IMG/VR virus record: IMGVR_UViG_3300047469_000100
Coordinates: 1 to 38,077 of that record
Strand: one strand, 5' to 3'
From: a virus
Length of the DNA: 38,077 nucleotides
The position numbers were made by a program, and so were the translations under genes. Shown here in pieces: positions 26,020-33,510 of this stretch; the first letter of the stretch is position 1, and each line of letters opens with the position of its first letter. The notes beneath the pieces were generated by a model that ran no database searches, was not told where the DNA came from, and was given only the letters and a program-made list of their open reading frames with translations.

Positions 26020-26909
26020 CAGAGCGTCTCCTCGATTGCGTGGATCAGGCGAAGCAGGTCGGCCATGATGATGGCCTCGCCCGATTCGATCTTGCGGCGC
26101 AGCGCGGCCAGATGCGGCTTTGCCGGGTGATCGTCGGTCGGTTCGTCAATCGAATCGCTGGTAGTGTCCGCAAGCTGGGCACCACCAGCCAGGACGTTTC
26201 CCGCGTCAGCAGCGCCATCGGATTGTTGCTGGGTCGATTCGCCGGCGTTGGATGCGGCCTCGTTCGTCGAGCCATCGGTGCTCGATGCACTGCCCGAGGA
26301 GGCAGAGATCGAGCCAGAGACGTTTCCCACGTCAGCGTCCGATTCTTGTTGCGTCAAGCCAGATGCAGAGGTTGAATCGCCGTCCGTACTCGACCCTGCA
26401 CCCGAGGCGTTCCCACCCTGCGAGATCGTCGAAGCTTGGGAGGTCACCGCCGCGGAAGGTCCCGGCTGGGAGATGGATTCGGACTTCTCCGCCCCGGGTG
26501 ACAATGCAGGGCCATCCCCGACGTTTCCCGCGTCACCTGCGAGCTGATCGGACGATGCAGCCGCCGCGGTGCCGTCGACGGGCAATGCACTCGGCACAGA
26601 TGACAAGGTGCCGCTTGCGGATGCGGACGCCGCAAGCGTGGCAACGTTTGGGGATTCAACGGACGCGGTTTCCGCCGCGAGGTCCGAGTTCGAACCGCCG
26701 GTCGAAGGCGACTCGCTGACAGCGCTCGCAGGCGACGAGGTTTCCGAATCCGTCGAGGCGGAAGCAATCGGAGTGGATGCCGACTCCCCCGGCGCGGCCG
26801 TGCCAGCCTCCGTGCTGCTCGGCTCGACGCCAGCAGTTTCGTCTTCGACCGCGCGCATGGGCAGCGCCGCGATCAGCATCAGTTTCAAAAGTTGCGAGGC
26901 TTTCATCAT
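26019..26909 (-). CDS. Highly acidic Ser/Thr/Ala/Gly-rich low-complexity protein (296 aa) with a hydrophobic N-terminus
   Basis: An MMKASQLLKLMLIAALPM leader is followed by about 230 aa of S/T/A/D/E/G and a helical C-terminal 40 aa. AGGAG SD. There are three internal 16-nt repeats. Confidence 0.55.
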   Translation of the reverse strand: MMKASQLLKLMLIAALPMRAVEDETAGVEPSSTEAGTAAPGESASTPIASASTDSETSSPASAVSESPSTGGSNSDLAAETASVESPNVATLAASASASGTLSSVPSALPVDGTAAAASSDQLAGDAGNVGDGPALSPGAEKSESISQPGPSAAVTSQASTISQGGNASGAGSSTDGDSTSASGLTQQESDADVGNVSGSISASSGSASSTDGSTNEAASNAGESTQQQSDGAADAGNVLAGGAQLADTTSDSIDEPTDDHPAKPHLAALRRKIESGEAIIMADLLRLIHAIEETL

Positions 26910-26937
26910 TGCTCCTGGTGGTTTGGTTGCTACGGGG

Positions 26938-27276
26938 TTAAGCGGTCACGCTGGCTTTCCAGCGCTCCCAACATTGCTGCGCCTGTTCCTCGGTCATCAT
27001 CGCGATACCGACTTTCTCGAAATGCCATCCGCGAACGCGTTCATCGGCGGCATTTGCGTTGATTGCGCCGAGCGTGGCGCGGATCACGCGCTCGGCGAAT
27101 TGCTCGATGTTCAGCGGCTGACCGGTCAAACGCTCGCGGCGCGCCATGCTGGCCGATACCACCGAGAGTTCGGCAATGAGCTGCTCGCTCAAATGCACGC
27201 GCGCGTGCGCATGCGCGCGCGAGACCGGCGCGCAGTCTTGCGGAATGTATCCTTCACTTTGCTTACAATTCGTCAT
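26938..27276 (-). CDS. Hypothetical 112-aa protein
   Basis: ORF only, in the early nin-like region. Confidence 0.5.
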   Translation of the reverse strand: MTNCKQSEGYIPQDCAPVSRAHAHARVHLSEQLIAELSVVSASMARRERLTGQPLNIEQFAERVIRATLGAINANAADERVRGWHFEKVGIAMMTEEQAQQCWERWKASVTA

Positions 27277-27535
27277 TTCCCAGATCCCATTCGTGATCGC
27301 CGCTTGCGATGAACGCGGCCAGCGATCTGCGGTTGAACTTCACCAACGCCTCAACCCGATACGTCCCGTCTTCGTTGAAGTAGCGCGGCGTCGCGACACC
27401 TCGGTACTGCGGCGGCAACTCAACATCAACCAGCACAGCAATCTCGCACTCAGGGTCGTCATCAGCGCGGCGCACCCGGCGCACAACGCATTCGAACGAC
27501 TGCGCGCCCTCGTACGACTGGAACGGCAATTCCAT
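27263..27535 (-). CDS. Hypothetical 90-aa protein
   Basis: I chose the internal start MELPFQSYEG at 27535. The upstream part of the 193-aa ORF lies inside the preceding gene. Confidence 0.5.
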   Translation of the reverse strand: MELPFQSYEGAQSFECVVRRVRRADDDPECEIAVLVDVELPPQYRGVATPRYFNEDGTYRVEALVKFNRRSLAAFIASGDHEWDLGNDEL

Positions 27536-27549
27536 GCGAACCAGAAGCC

Positions 27550-27987
27550 TCAAGCGGCCTCCAGCAACGGCAAGCCCATCTTTGCGGCGCGCACCGGCAA
27601 CCACCGCTCGTAGCCGCGATCCCATACGTCGAACTTCACTTGCTTGGGCGTGCCGCACTCGTTCTGGTCGATCCAGCGATGGCACGGGCCACACCCGGGT
27701 ACCGTGAAAATGTTGTCCGCCTTGATGCCTCTGCCCTTGCCGTGTCGCAGTTGGTTCGAATGACAGTCGACGACGCACGGGCTCGCCCAGCCGACGCTCA
27801 CGCACACACCCGGTACGCGGAGATAGCATTCCTCGCCGCGGCACGCCGCGATGTACTTAGAGCCCTCCGCAACTGTGGGCTTGCGGCTGGTGCGCTTCAT
27901 CGGTTTAGCGGCGCGCGAGATACCGGTACCGCGCGAAAGGGTCGCGTAGACCTTGCCGGGCTTGCGGACGAATCCGGAGCGCTTCAC
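27550..27987 (-). CDS. DUF1364/YbcO-like Cys/His (zinc) putative nuclease
   Basis: CRGEECYLRVPGVC...CHSNQLRHGKGRGIKADN...CGPCHRWID parallels E. coli YbcO (RGRECQVRIPGVC...AH...G.G.KP.D...C..CH..ID). I chose the GTG at 27987 because it forms a GTGA overlap with the upstream stop. An ATG at 27900 is the alternative. Confidence 0.55.
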   Translation of the reverse strand: MKRSGFVRKPGKVYATLSRGTGISRAAKPMKRTSRKPTVAEGSKYIAACRGEECYLRVPGVCVSVGWASPCVVDCHSNQLRHGKGRGIKADNIFTVPGCGPCHRWIDQNECGTPKQVKFDVWDRGYERWLPVRAAKMGLPLLEAA

Positions 27988-28409
27988 GCCGACACCCGGC
28001 CGCTTCGAACCATCGCCACCATTGCGCCGACCACGACAGCATCGGCGCGCGGCCACCACTCAGCGGCGGTGCGGTGCTGCTCGTCCAGTTCGCGCTCGAT
28101 CGCGCGCGGATCAACAACCGACTTCATGAGCTTTCGGTTCGCGGTCCAGCGGCGCGAACGCTCGGTTTCCGGCGTCTTGAACTCAGGCATGGGCGCGTTC
28201 TCGCCCGGCCCCATCCGATAGAAAACTTCATGATGGCGGCCGCGATAGGATTCGATGTGAGCTTGACCGGCCGTGATCAGTTGATTCAGGATCACGCGCA
28301 CGAACTTGTTGCCGCACCCGATCTCATCTTCGATTTCCTTCGAAGAACGCGCCACACCGTCATTCATCAACGCCATGAACTTAGGTCGATAGATTGAAGG
28401 CCTTCCCAT
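27984..28409 (-). CDS. Hypothetical protein with a probable winged-helix N-terminus (141 aa)
   Basis: The start at 28409 lies 1 nt after the upstream stop (TGAcATG). Confidence 0.5.
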   Translation of the reverse strand: MGRPSIYRPKFMALMNDGVARSSKEIEDEIGCGNKFVRVILNQLITAGQAHIESYRGRHHEVFYRMGPGENAPMPEFKTPETERSRRWTANRKLMKSVVDPRAIERELDEQHRTAAEWWPRADAVVVGAMVAMVRSGRVSA

Positions 28410-28410
28410 G

Positions 28411-28902
28411 TCACACCTCGCGAATATCAAACGTGCCGCCCTTGGCTTTGCGCACCAGGCGAATGACGAACGGATACTGAGACGCGGCCGCTTTGATCTT
28501 CACGTTCGCGTCTTCCTCCATGAATCCCTTGAACTCGTGCAGCTCGAGCGCACCGCTCGCGACGATCACGGCGAAGTCGGGCGTGTAAAACGTGTTGTCG
28601 GCGAGGCGGAGCTTGATTCCTTCGAAGCGGAACCAGAGCACCTGACCGATGTGTCGCAATGCCTCGAGGTGCGCCGCATATGCCGCTTCGGACTTATTCA
28701 TCTTTCCACCGCCCATCCGGCCAAGCTGGCGGTGCACCGCGCGCGGATCTCCGACCATTGCCGCGATCTCGGTACCCAGCACCGGCTGCTCTGCAGAATC
28801 CAAGCGCGCCGCCGCGCTGGCGATAGCGCCGCGAACGCGGGCTGTGCCGAACATGCCGCCAGCGATGGCGCTTTCCGGGTAGCGGAGTGCGTTCTTCGAC
28901 AT
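28411..28902 (-). CDS. PD-(D/E)XK-type nuclease (DUF1064/resolvase-like)
   Basis: The C-terminal half is KSEAAYAAHLE...YTPDFAVI...ELHEFKG...K, a D...E-x-K arrangement. Confidence 0.5.
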   Translation of the reverse strand: MSKNALRYPESAIAGGMFGTARVRGAIASAAARLDSAEQPVLGTEIAAMVGDPRAVHRQLGRMGGGKMNKSEAAYAAHLEALRHIGQVLWFRFEGIKLRLADNTFYTPDFAVIVASGALELHEFKGFMEEDANVKIKAAASQYPFVIRLVRKAKGGTFDIREV

Positions 28903-28904
28903 GA

Positions 28905-29996
28905 TCAGAAGTCCGCTGGCAGAAGACCGTCGCCAAGCGTGGCAACGACTTCGTTAAACCAACGCGCGCCGCCATTGCGGGCGTGGCGCAAGATGTGATC
29001 AATCCACGGGCCGCGCCCAGCAGCCTTCGCGACGCGAAGCAGGTACAGGGGTGTCGGCTCATCCTTCTGCCGCGTGACGCTCAGTTCAGCGCCCTTCGCG
29101 TTGATGCCTGAGTCGCTTTCCCACCATGAGCCTTCGTATTCCTCGCGCGCCGCCGATTCAGGCGCAGGAGTGCCGTCGAGCCAGCGGCGCTGCTCGAGGT
29201 ATTTGATGGGCGTCGGGTCGCCGCCGGTGCGCCAGTGCTGTGTCAGCTTCATGGCCTGCACATGCGCGATGATCACTTCGCCGTGCTGCTCAAGCCCGTT
29301 CGCATTCCAGTGCGATTCGCACACGGCTCGCTGCTGCTTGCGACCAGACGCATCCGGCCAGACGCTCCAGAAACGATCGAACTTGGTCGACGGTTTTCCG
29401 GTTTGGGTGTTTTCATCGATGTGTGTGGGCTGGTTTTCATCGCCCTCGCGACACACTCCAACACCTAAGACTTCTAAAACCTTATCGGGTACCAAATCTG
29501 AGGGGGTTTCACTCTGTATTTGGTAGGCTTTAGGTGCGTTTTTGGTACCCTTTTTTTGCGTATTCGAAAGGCTTTCGTTTTTGGAAGGCTTTCGTTTTTG
29601 AGAGGCTTTAAGGGTCTTAGATTCGGAAGCCTTTTGTATTTGGTAGGCTTCGAACTCCGCGAGGTCCGGCGGGCTCAGCAATTCAGTCTTGCCAGTGCGG
29701 CGGTCCCGCGCTTCGACGACAACGGCCCCAGCAGGCGCCGTCATCTGGTAGACGATGATCTGCTTGGTCAGGCCAGTGCGAACGCCTGTATCGCGCAAAT
29801 AGCCCATCTGGATCAGACGCTTCGTGCACGACCTGATCGTGTTCGGCGCCATTTCCGTATCGCGGATGAACTCATCGAGCGTGACCCACGTCGTGTAGTC
29901 TTCCGCTGCGAAGCTCGCGTACGTCTTCAGCGCATGTTTGGAGTGGCTATCGCCCAACGTCTGGCGTTTGGCCCACACACTGGCGTAGTAACTCAT
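28905..29996 (-). CDS. Replication initiator (lambda O-like role) with an N-terminal winged helix and an internal origin
   Basis: The N-terminus (LDEFIRDTEMAPNTIRSCTKRLIQMGYLRD) is wHTH-like. A Lys/Ser/Gln-rich linker is encoded by a low-GC iteron block. Confidence 0.6.
   Translation of the reverse strand: MSYYASVWAKRQTLGDSHSKHALKTYASFAAEDYTTWVTLDEFIRDTEMAPNTIRSCTKRLIQMGYLRDTGVRTGLTKQIIVYQMTAPAGAVVVEARDRRTGKTELLSPPDLAEFEAYQIQKASESKTLKASQKRKPSKNESLSNTQKKGTKNAPKAYQIQSETPSDLVPDKVLEVLGVGVCREGDENQPTHIDENTQTGKPSTKFDRFWSVWPDASGRKQQRAVCESHWNANGLEQHGEVIIAHVQAMKLTQHWRTGGDPTPIKYLEQRRWLDGTPAPESAAREEYEGSWWESDSGINAKGAELSVTRQKDEPTPLYLLRVAKAAGRGPWIDHILRHARNGGARWFNEVVATLGDGLLPADF
29465..29650. repeat. Iteron-type origin of replication inside the initiator gene
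   Basis: A 16-nt direct repeat tgtatttggtaggctt occurs at 29515-29530 and 29635-29650. A 17-nt tandem aaggctttcgtttttg(g/a) occurs at 29568-29584 and 29585-29601, plus a partial third copy. An inverted repeat pairs gggtaccaaa (29487-29496) with tttggtaccc (29541-29550). Local GC is far below the window average. Confidence 0.65.
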
Positions 29997-30280
29997 GCAG
30001 ACGCCTCGATCTCTACGTCGTCATTGACGGGAACGCCGCTGATCGGGCGCAGAAACTGGTCGCGAATGATCCGGTTGCGCAGACCGCCTACAACGGTCCC
30101 AGACAGATCAATCGCGCGCAGGGCCGTCCCCGCCACGTGCCAGCGCGGCAATGAGTCGGGACGCATCTTGAACGGCCCGTCATGGAGCCATCCAGACGCG
30201 GCGAGGGCTACGACGGCAACAACGCGACCTTCGTTTACACCCGCGGTCACATACGCCAGATCGCCAGCCTTGACGTTCAT
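29993..30280 (-). CDS. Hypothetical 95-aa protein
   Basis: I chose the internal start at 30280, which forms an ATGA overlap with the upstream gene. The rest of the 245-aa ORF overlaps better-supported genes in other frames. Confidence 0.5.
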   Translation of the reverse strand: MNVKAGDLAYVTAGVNEGRVVAVVALAASGWLHDGPFKMRPDSLPRWHVAGTALRAIDLSGTVVGGLRNRIIRDQFLRPISGVPVNDDVEIEASA

Positions 30281-30546
30281 GCCGGTACCTTTCCATCGAT
30301 CGTGAGCCGGTAATGAACGCCGCGGCCCGGCGCCGGGATCTTGGCGATGTAGCCTTCGCGCTCGAGCTCGGCAATGAACTTGCGCGCCGCCGACTCGCTG
30401 ATGCCGCATGCAGACGTGACCTTGTGGATCGGCAGCCGTGCCTCTTGCGACTGGCGGTGAACGCTGCGCGCCAGATGCAGCAGTACGATCTTCTTCAGGC
30501 CCGGCATGTCGAAGTCCCAGCAGAACTGTTCGTGAACGAGGCTCAT
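30277..30546 (-). CDS. Winged-helix DNA-binding protein (89 aa)
   Basis: VTSACGISESAARKFIAELEREGYIAK is HTH-like. Confidence 0.55.
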   Translation of the reverse strand: MSLVHEQFCWDFDMPGLKKIVLLHLARSVHRQSQEARLPIHKVTSACGISESAARKFIAELEREGYIAKIPAPGRGVHYRLTIDGKVPA

Positions 30547-30635
30547 CGCGTACCTCGCATCGATAGAAGGATCGGCAGGCCGATCGACAGTGCGATCGTC
30601 GCGAGCATGCCGAACAGGAGAATGTCAGCGTCCAT
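30543..30635 (-). CDS. Possible 30-aa single-TM peptide (MDADILLFGMLATIALSIGLPILLSMRGTR)
   Basis: Hand-translated. Its stop overlaps the next ATG (ATGA) and it fills an otherwise empty gap. It is too short for the ORF track. Confidence 0.3.
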   Translation of the reverse strand: MDADILLFGMLATIALSIGLPILLSMRGTR

Positions 30636-30861
30636 AGAAAGGCCTCACCCAGTGAGTCACGAAGCCGCGCGTCCACGCCGCGGTGTAGAGGATGCAAAGC
30701 GCGAAAATCCCGTACTGCTGGGCTTTCCACGTTGCGATGAACCAGAACGGCTGGGCGATCAGCCCGAAGACGCAGGCGTACCGACTACGCGCCGCCCGGC
30801 TGTCTTGCGAAAGGAACACGGCCGCAACGCCGCACAGACCGATAGCGATTTGCTCGAGCAT
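30625..30861 (-). CDS. Small integral membrane protein (78 aa, 3 predicted TM segments)
   Basis: Hydrophobic segments; TGATG coupling to the upstream gene. Confidence 0.55.
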   Translation of the reverse strand: MLEQIAIGLCGVAAVFLSQDSRAARSRYACVFGLIAQPFWFIATWKAQQYGIFALCILYTAAWTRGFVTHWVRPFYGR

Positions 30862-31079
30862 CAGGAATCCCCCCCGCCCTGCTTTGTCCCGGCTTGTCCC
30901 TGATTGGGACGCGTCTCGTACTCGACGACTGTCGGGTGAAGCACTCCGAAAGCGCTTCGAATCACGTGGTACTCGATGAGCTGAATGGTCGAGACGCCTT
31001 CTTTTGCTGCCTGCAATGCCAGATCAGCCGCCTCCGGTCCCGGAAGCTGAATCTCGAAGCTGGTCTTGCACTGATTCAC
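30861..31079 (-). CDS. Hypothetical 72-aa protein
   Basis: ORF with an ATGA overlap with the upstream gene. Confidence 0.5.
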   Translation of the reverse strand: MNQCKTSFEIQLPGPEAADLALQAAKEGVSTIQLIEYHVIRSAFGVLHPTVVEYETRPNQGQAGTKQGGGDS

Positions 31080-31300
31080 GCGGCCATCCTTGTCCCGGAT
31101 TGGGCCACCTCGTCACTGCGCTCAAGCAGGTTCGAAGGCAAATTACCTACAACGCCAAGCAGCAGAAGCTCAGCGATACGGGCAAGCGCGGCGGAATCGC
31201 TATCGATGCCGTGCAGCGTCTTGAACTTCATCATCGCGTCGTATGTGCGATCAGGAAGACGCGTTTTGACTTCGTTGCGATATTCAGATCGGCGTGACAT
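31076..31300 (-). CDS. Hypothetical 74-aa protein (CII position)
   Basis: Strong AAAGGAGG SD. It is the second gene of the early-right operon. Confidence 0.55.
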   Translation of the reverse strand: MSRRSEYRNEVKTRLPDRTYDAMMKFKTLHGIDSDSAALARIAELLLLGVVGNLPSNLLERSDEVAQSGTRMAA

Positions 31301-31352
31301 GAAACCTCCTTTCGTTAAAAAGTTGACGGGACAGAAAATGAAAACAGCGAAA

Positions 31353-31625
31353 TTACTTGCGCTCTTGCGGCGTACCCACCGGCGGCTGAACGTCGTCCTC
31401 GCTCTCTATGGCGCCGGGCTCAGCTGGCTTGCGCAGCCTCTTGCGTGCTTGCTCAAGGATCTCGGGCCGCGCGACCTCGAGATACATCAGCCGCGCTGGC
31501 GGAAGCCCCTTCTTTTTCCAGCCAGATACCGAAGGCATCCGGATCTTGAACAGACGGGCGGTTTCAGCCGGACCACCAAGTAGGTCGATCACGGCGATTG
31601 CGAAGGGGTCACGTTTCTTGTCCAT
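31353..31625 (-). CDS. Cro-like / YdaS-type HTH regulator (90 aa)
   Basis: LLGGPAETARLFKIRMPSVSGWKKKGLPPARL matches the YdaS/Cro-type HTH pattern. It is divergent from the repressor gene. Confidence 0.7.
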   Translation of the reverse strand: MDKKRDPFAIAVIDLLGGPAETARLFKIRMPSVSGWKKKGLPPARLMYLEVARPEILEQARKRLRKPAEPGAIESEDDVQPPVGTPQERK

Positions 31626-31665
31626 GCCTAAGTCTAAGGCATGCCTAACTAGAAACGCAAGGCAT
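31624..31665. promoter_or_regulatory. Operator region: two overlapping ATGCCT...AGGCAT inverted repeats
   Basis: ATGCCT-aagtcta-AGGCAT lies at 31624-31642 and ATGCCT-N13-AGGCAT at 31641-31665. They cover the putative cro -10 (TAGACT) and -35 (TTGCGT). Confidence 0.6.
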
Positions 31666-31695
31666 ACACAACACTTTTTTTGTTAGTCTTAGCTA

Positions 31696-32169
31696 ATGGC
31701 AAACTGGAATCAGCGAATAACAGAGGCGCGGACAGCTCGACACATGTCGAAAGCTGAACTTGCGCGTGCGTGCGACGTGTCGGGCCCAACTGTCACGGAT
31801 TGGGAGAACGGCAACATAAAGAACCTCGACGCATCAAATATGCTCACGATATGCAAGGTTCTGCGCATAGATCCTTACTGGCTCGTGTTCGGCATAGACA
31901 AGTCCAAAGCGCCGATTACAGACCTGAAAGACTCTCTGAGTCACGAAGCGTCAAAGCTGATTTCGTGGGTGGAACGCGTAGATAGGCTTGGCGGTCTGGC
32001 CCCTAAATTACTGTCCCATATCAACGCTGCACTGCAGGTTGCAGGCGCTCTTACGCAAGCGCAGAATTCGCCCCGGGATGAGGACTTGGCGGGGGCCGAG
32101 GAAGACCTGACATCCCACATCGAAAAGTCCGAGGGGAAAGAACGTGCACACAGGAAGCACAAGCCATGA
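31696..32169 (+). CDS. CI-like repressor, XRE-family HTH (157 aa), no S24 peptidase domain evident
   Basis: MSKAELARACDVSGPTVTDWENGNIKNLDASNMLTICKVLRIDPYWL is a canonical XRE HTH. The C-terminus lacks Ser/Lys autocleavage motifs. Confidence 0.8.
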   Translation: MANWNQRITEARTARHMSKAELARACDVSGPTVTDWENGNIKNLDASNMLTICKVLRIDPYWLVFGIDKSKAPITDLKDSLSHEASKLISWVERVDRLGGLAPKLLSHINAALQVAGALTQAQNSPRDEDLAGAEEDLTSHIEKSEGKERAHRKHKP

Positions 32170-32320
32170 AGCGGTCACAGACCTGGCCGCGTATCGAAGA
32201 AACAAGGAATCTGAGAGAGCGATCGCAATCGAGCGACAGCTCGACGCCGAGGAAACGATCACCGAAATAGCCCGCTACGTGCTCCTTATCGTCCAGGCGA
32301 TAAAGCGCCCACGCCACTAG
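32144..32320 (+). CDS. Possible 58-aa helical protein overlapping the repressor 3' end (rex position)
   Basis: Hand-translated. GTG at 32144 with GAGGGGA 7 nt upstream: HTGSTSHEAVTDLAAYRRNKESERAIAIERQLDAEETITEIARYVLLIVQAIKRPRH. The terminator starts 6 nt after its stop. Confidence 0.3.
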   Translation: MHTGSTSHEAVTDLAAYRRNKESERAIAIERQLDAEETITEIARYVLLIVQAIKRPRH

Positions 32321-32325
32321 TCACG

Positions 32326-32351
32326 ATCCCGCCAACCGGCGGGATTTTTTT
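32326..32351 (+). terminator. Rho-independent terminator ending the immunity transcript
   Basis: atcccgcc-aacc-ggcgggat (8-bp stem) followed by a T7 run. Confidence 0.8.
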
Positions 32352-32383
32352 CGCCCGCATACTTGCCCATACCTAAATTTGTC

Positions 32384-32412
32384 TTGACACGAACATTAGT
32401 CATGCCTAAGCT
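32384..32412 (+). promoter_or_regulatory. PL-like sigma70 promoter with an operator half-site over the -10
   Basis: TTGACA (32384-32389), a 17-nt spacer, then TAAGCT (32407-32412). ATGCCTAAG at 32402-32410 is identical to the operator 9-mer at 31624-31632. Confidence 0.55.
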
Positions 32413-32514
32413 TCACTCAACCAAGGAGAGCGCTGATCGACGCGGATTGATCCAGTCCGCTGCACTCAGCGTCACTCCCGTTGAACAACCTTTTTGGCCC
32501 ATGCGGGGTGAACC

Positions 32515-32655
32515 ATGTTCTATAGCGACTACGGCGTCAGGGTATATCGGCCGCGCCTCTCGAATTACATGCTGCGTTTCGCGGCGCATTTCGATCAGTA
32601 CCTGAACGCCCAGTTCGTGCGCTCGGTCGGCTATGACCAGATCGTGTGGTGCTGA
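32515..32655 (+). CDS. Possible 46-aa protein
   Basis: Hand-translated MFYSDYGVRVYRPRLSNYMLRFAAHFDQYLNAQFVRSVGYDQIVWC, with GGGGTG upstream. Confidence 0.3.
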   Translation: MFYSDYGVRVYRPRLSNYMLRFAAHFDQYLNAQFVRSVGYDQIVWC

Positions 32656-32656
32656 C

Positions 32657-32800
32657 GTGAATCGATCCTATTCCGATAACGATCTTCTCGCCGCTTGCCA
32701 GCACCAAGGCAAGGTCGGTGCGTATTGCGGCATCACGGCTGTTGCTATTGGCTGTGTCTGGTTTCTCTGTGTTGCATGGCGTGCGGGGGTTTTTCAATGA
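32657..32800 (+). CDS. Possible 47-aa TM peptide (GTG start)
   Basis: Hand-translated. It contains the hydrophobic segment ITAVAIGCVWFLCVAW, and its stop overlaps the next ATG (ATGA). Confidence 0.3.
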   Translation: MNRSYSDNDLLAACQHQGKVGAYCGITAVAIGCVWFLCVAWRAGVFQ

Positions 32801-32931
32801 AAGACCTCCTCAAACTCTGGGCGATCGAGGCCGTCGTGTTGGTCGTCGTCATTCTGGTGCTCGGCGTCTGCCATGAATGGGACCAGCAGGATACCCAGCG
32901 GATCCGCATTTCCATGATGCGGGGTGCCTAA
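32797..32931 (+). CDS. 44-aa single-TM peptide
   Basis: MKDLLKLWAIEAVVLVVVILVLGV..., with an ATGA overlap upstream and TAAATG downstream. Confidence 0.45.
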   Translation: MKDLLKLWAIEAVVLVVVILVLGVCHEWDQQDTQRIRISMMRGA

Positions 32932-33183
32932 ATGGCCTGCAACTGTGTACGTGAAAACCAGACCCGACTGGCCGAGCACTACTCCAAGCAACTCGGAGTG
33001 CCCGCAAAGGCTGAGGCGAAGAATGTCGCGATTGTGTTCGGCACGGACGTGAACGAGCGTGCCTACATGCCTTACGCCATCAAGGCCGACAAACCGGGCT
33101 GGCGCAGCGCGAAGGGCAAAGAGATCAGCATGTTCTTCAACTACTGCCCGTTCTGCGGCCAGAAGACTGATCCGGTGGCCTAA
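32932..33183 (+). CDS. Small Cys-rich (zinc-ribbon-like) protein (83 aa)
   Basis: MACNCVREN...NYCPFCGQKT has CxC and CxxC pairs. Confidence 0.55.
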   Translation: MACNCVRENQTRLAEHYSKQLGVPAKAEAKNVAIVFGTDVNERAYMPYAIKADKPGWRSAKGKEISMFFNYCPFCGQKTDPVA

Positions 33184-33329
33184 TGCGCACGCTATGGCAA
33201 ATCGTCGAAGACGTCGCAAACGGCTCGCTGTCGCGCTGGGATGCCTATCGTCTTGTCCGTGCACAGCTACGCGCCGCGCGCCGCCAGGCGATTCGTCAGG
33301 CGCGCCGCCGTGCTAATCGCCATGGATGA
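33183..33329 (+). CDS. Possible 48-aa Arg-rich helical peptide
   Basis: Hand-translated MRTLWQIVEDVANGSLSRWDAYRLVRAQLRAARRQAIRQARRRANRHG, with a TAATG overlap upstream. Confidence 0.35.
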   Translation: MRTLWQIVEDVANGSLSRWDAYRLVRAQLRAARRQAIRQARRRANRHG

Positions 33330-33510
33330 TCCGCTCATCCTTTTTATCCTTTGCGTGCTGGGCGCCGTTGCTCTCGGCGTCGCGCTCGCATGGGCACATC
33401 TGTTCGTCTGGCCGGTCGACACCGGCACTCACGACTTTCACAGGCCGCTGCAGCAGCGGGCAAACCGCGACGCGGATGCGCGCCGCCATACCTCACGGAG
33501 CGATTCATGA
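33322..33510 (+). CDS. 62-aa single-TM protein
   Basis: MDDPLILFILCVLGAVALGVALAWAHLFVW... I chose the internal start of the tracked 89-aa ORF. Confidence 0.45.
   Translation: MDDPLILFILCVLGAVALGVALAWAHLFVWPVDTGTHDFHRPLQQRANRDADARRHTSRSDS

Noticed and set aside
29993-30730. The 245-aa minus-strand ORF
   Set aside because: Only its last 95 codons (from the ATG at 30280, which forms an ATGA overlap) look coding. The remainder overlaps the wHTH gene, the micro-ORF and the membrane-protein gene in other frames and is Arg-rich.
32008-32317. Minus-strand ORFs 32008-32262 and 32051-32317 antisense to the repressor 3' end
   Set aside because: They have no SD and a Cys/Arg/Ser-rich junk-like translation. 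They would run into the repressor gene and against the plus-strand terminator context.
32363-32605. The tracked 80-aa ORF, and the AAGGAGAG at 32423-32430 as its ribosome-binding site
   Set aside because: The ORF starts upstream of the predicted -35, so it would not be on the PL-like transcript. The nearest in-frame start after the SD-like sequence is 15 nt away, and the translation looks non-protein-like. The 46-codon ORF at 32515 is a better but still weak candidate.
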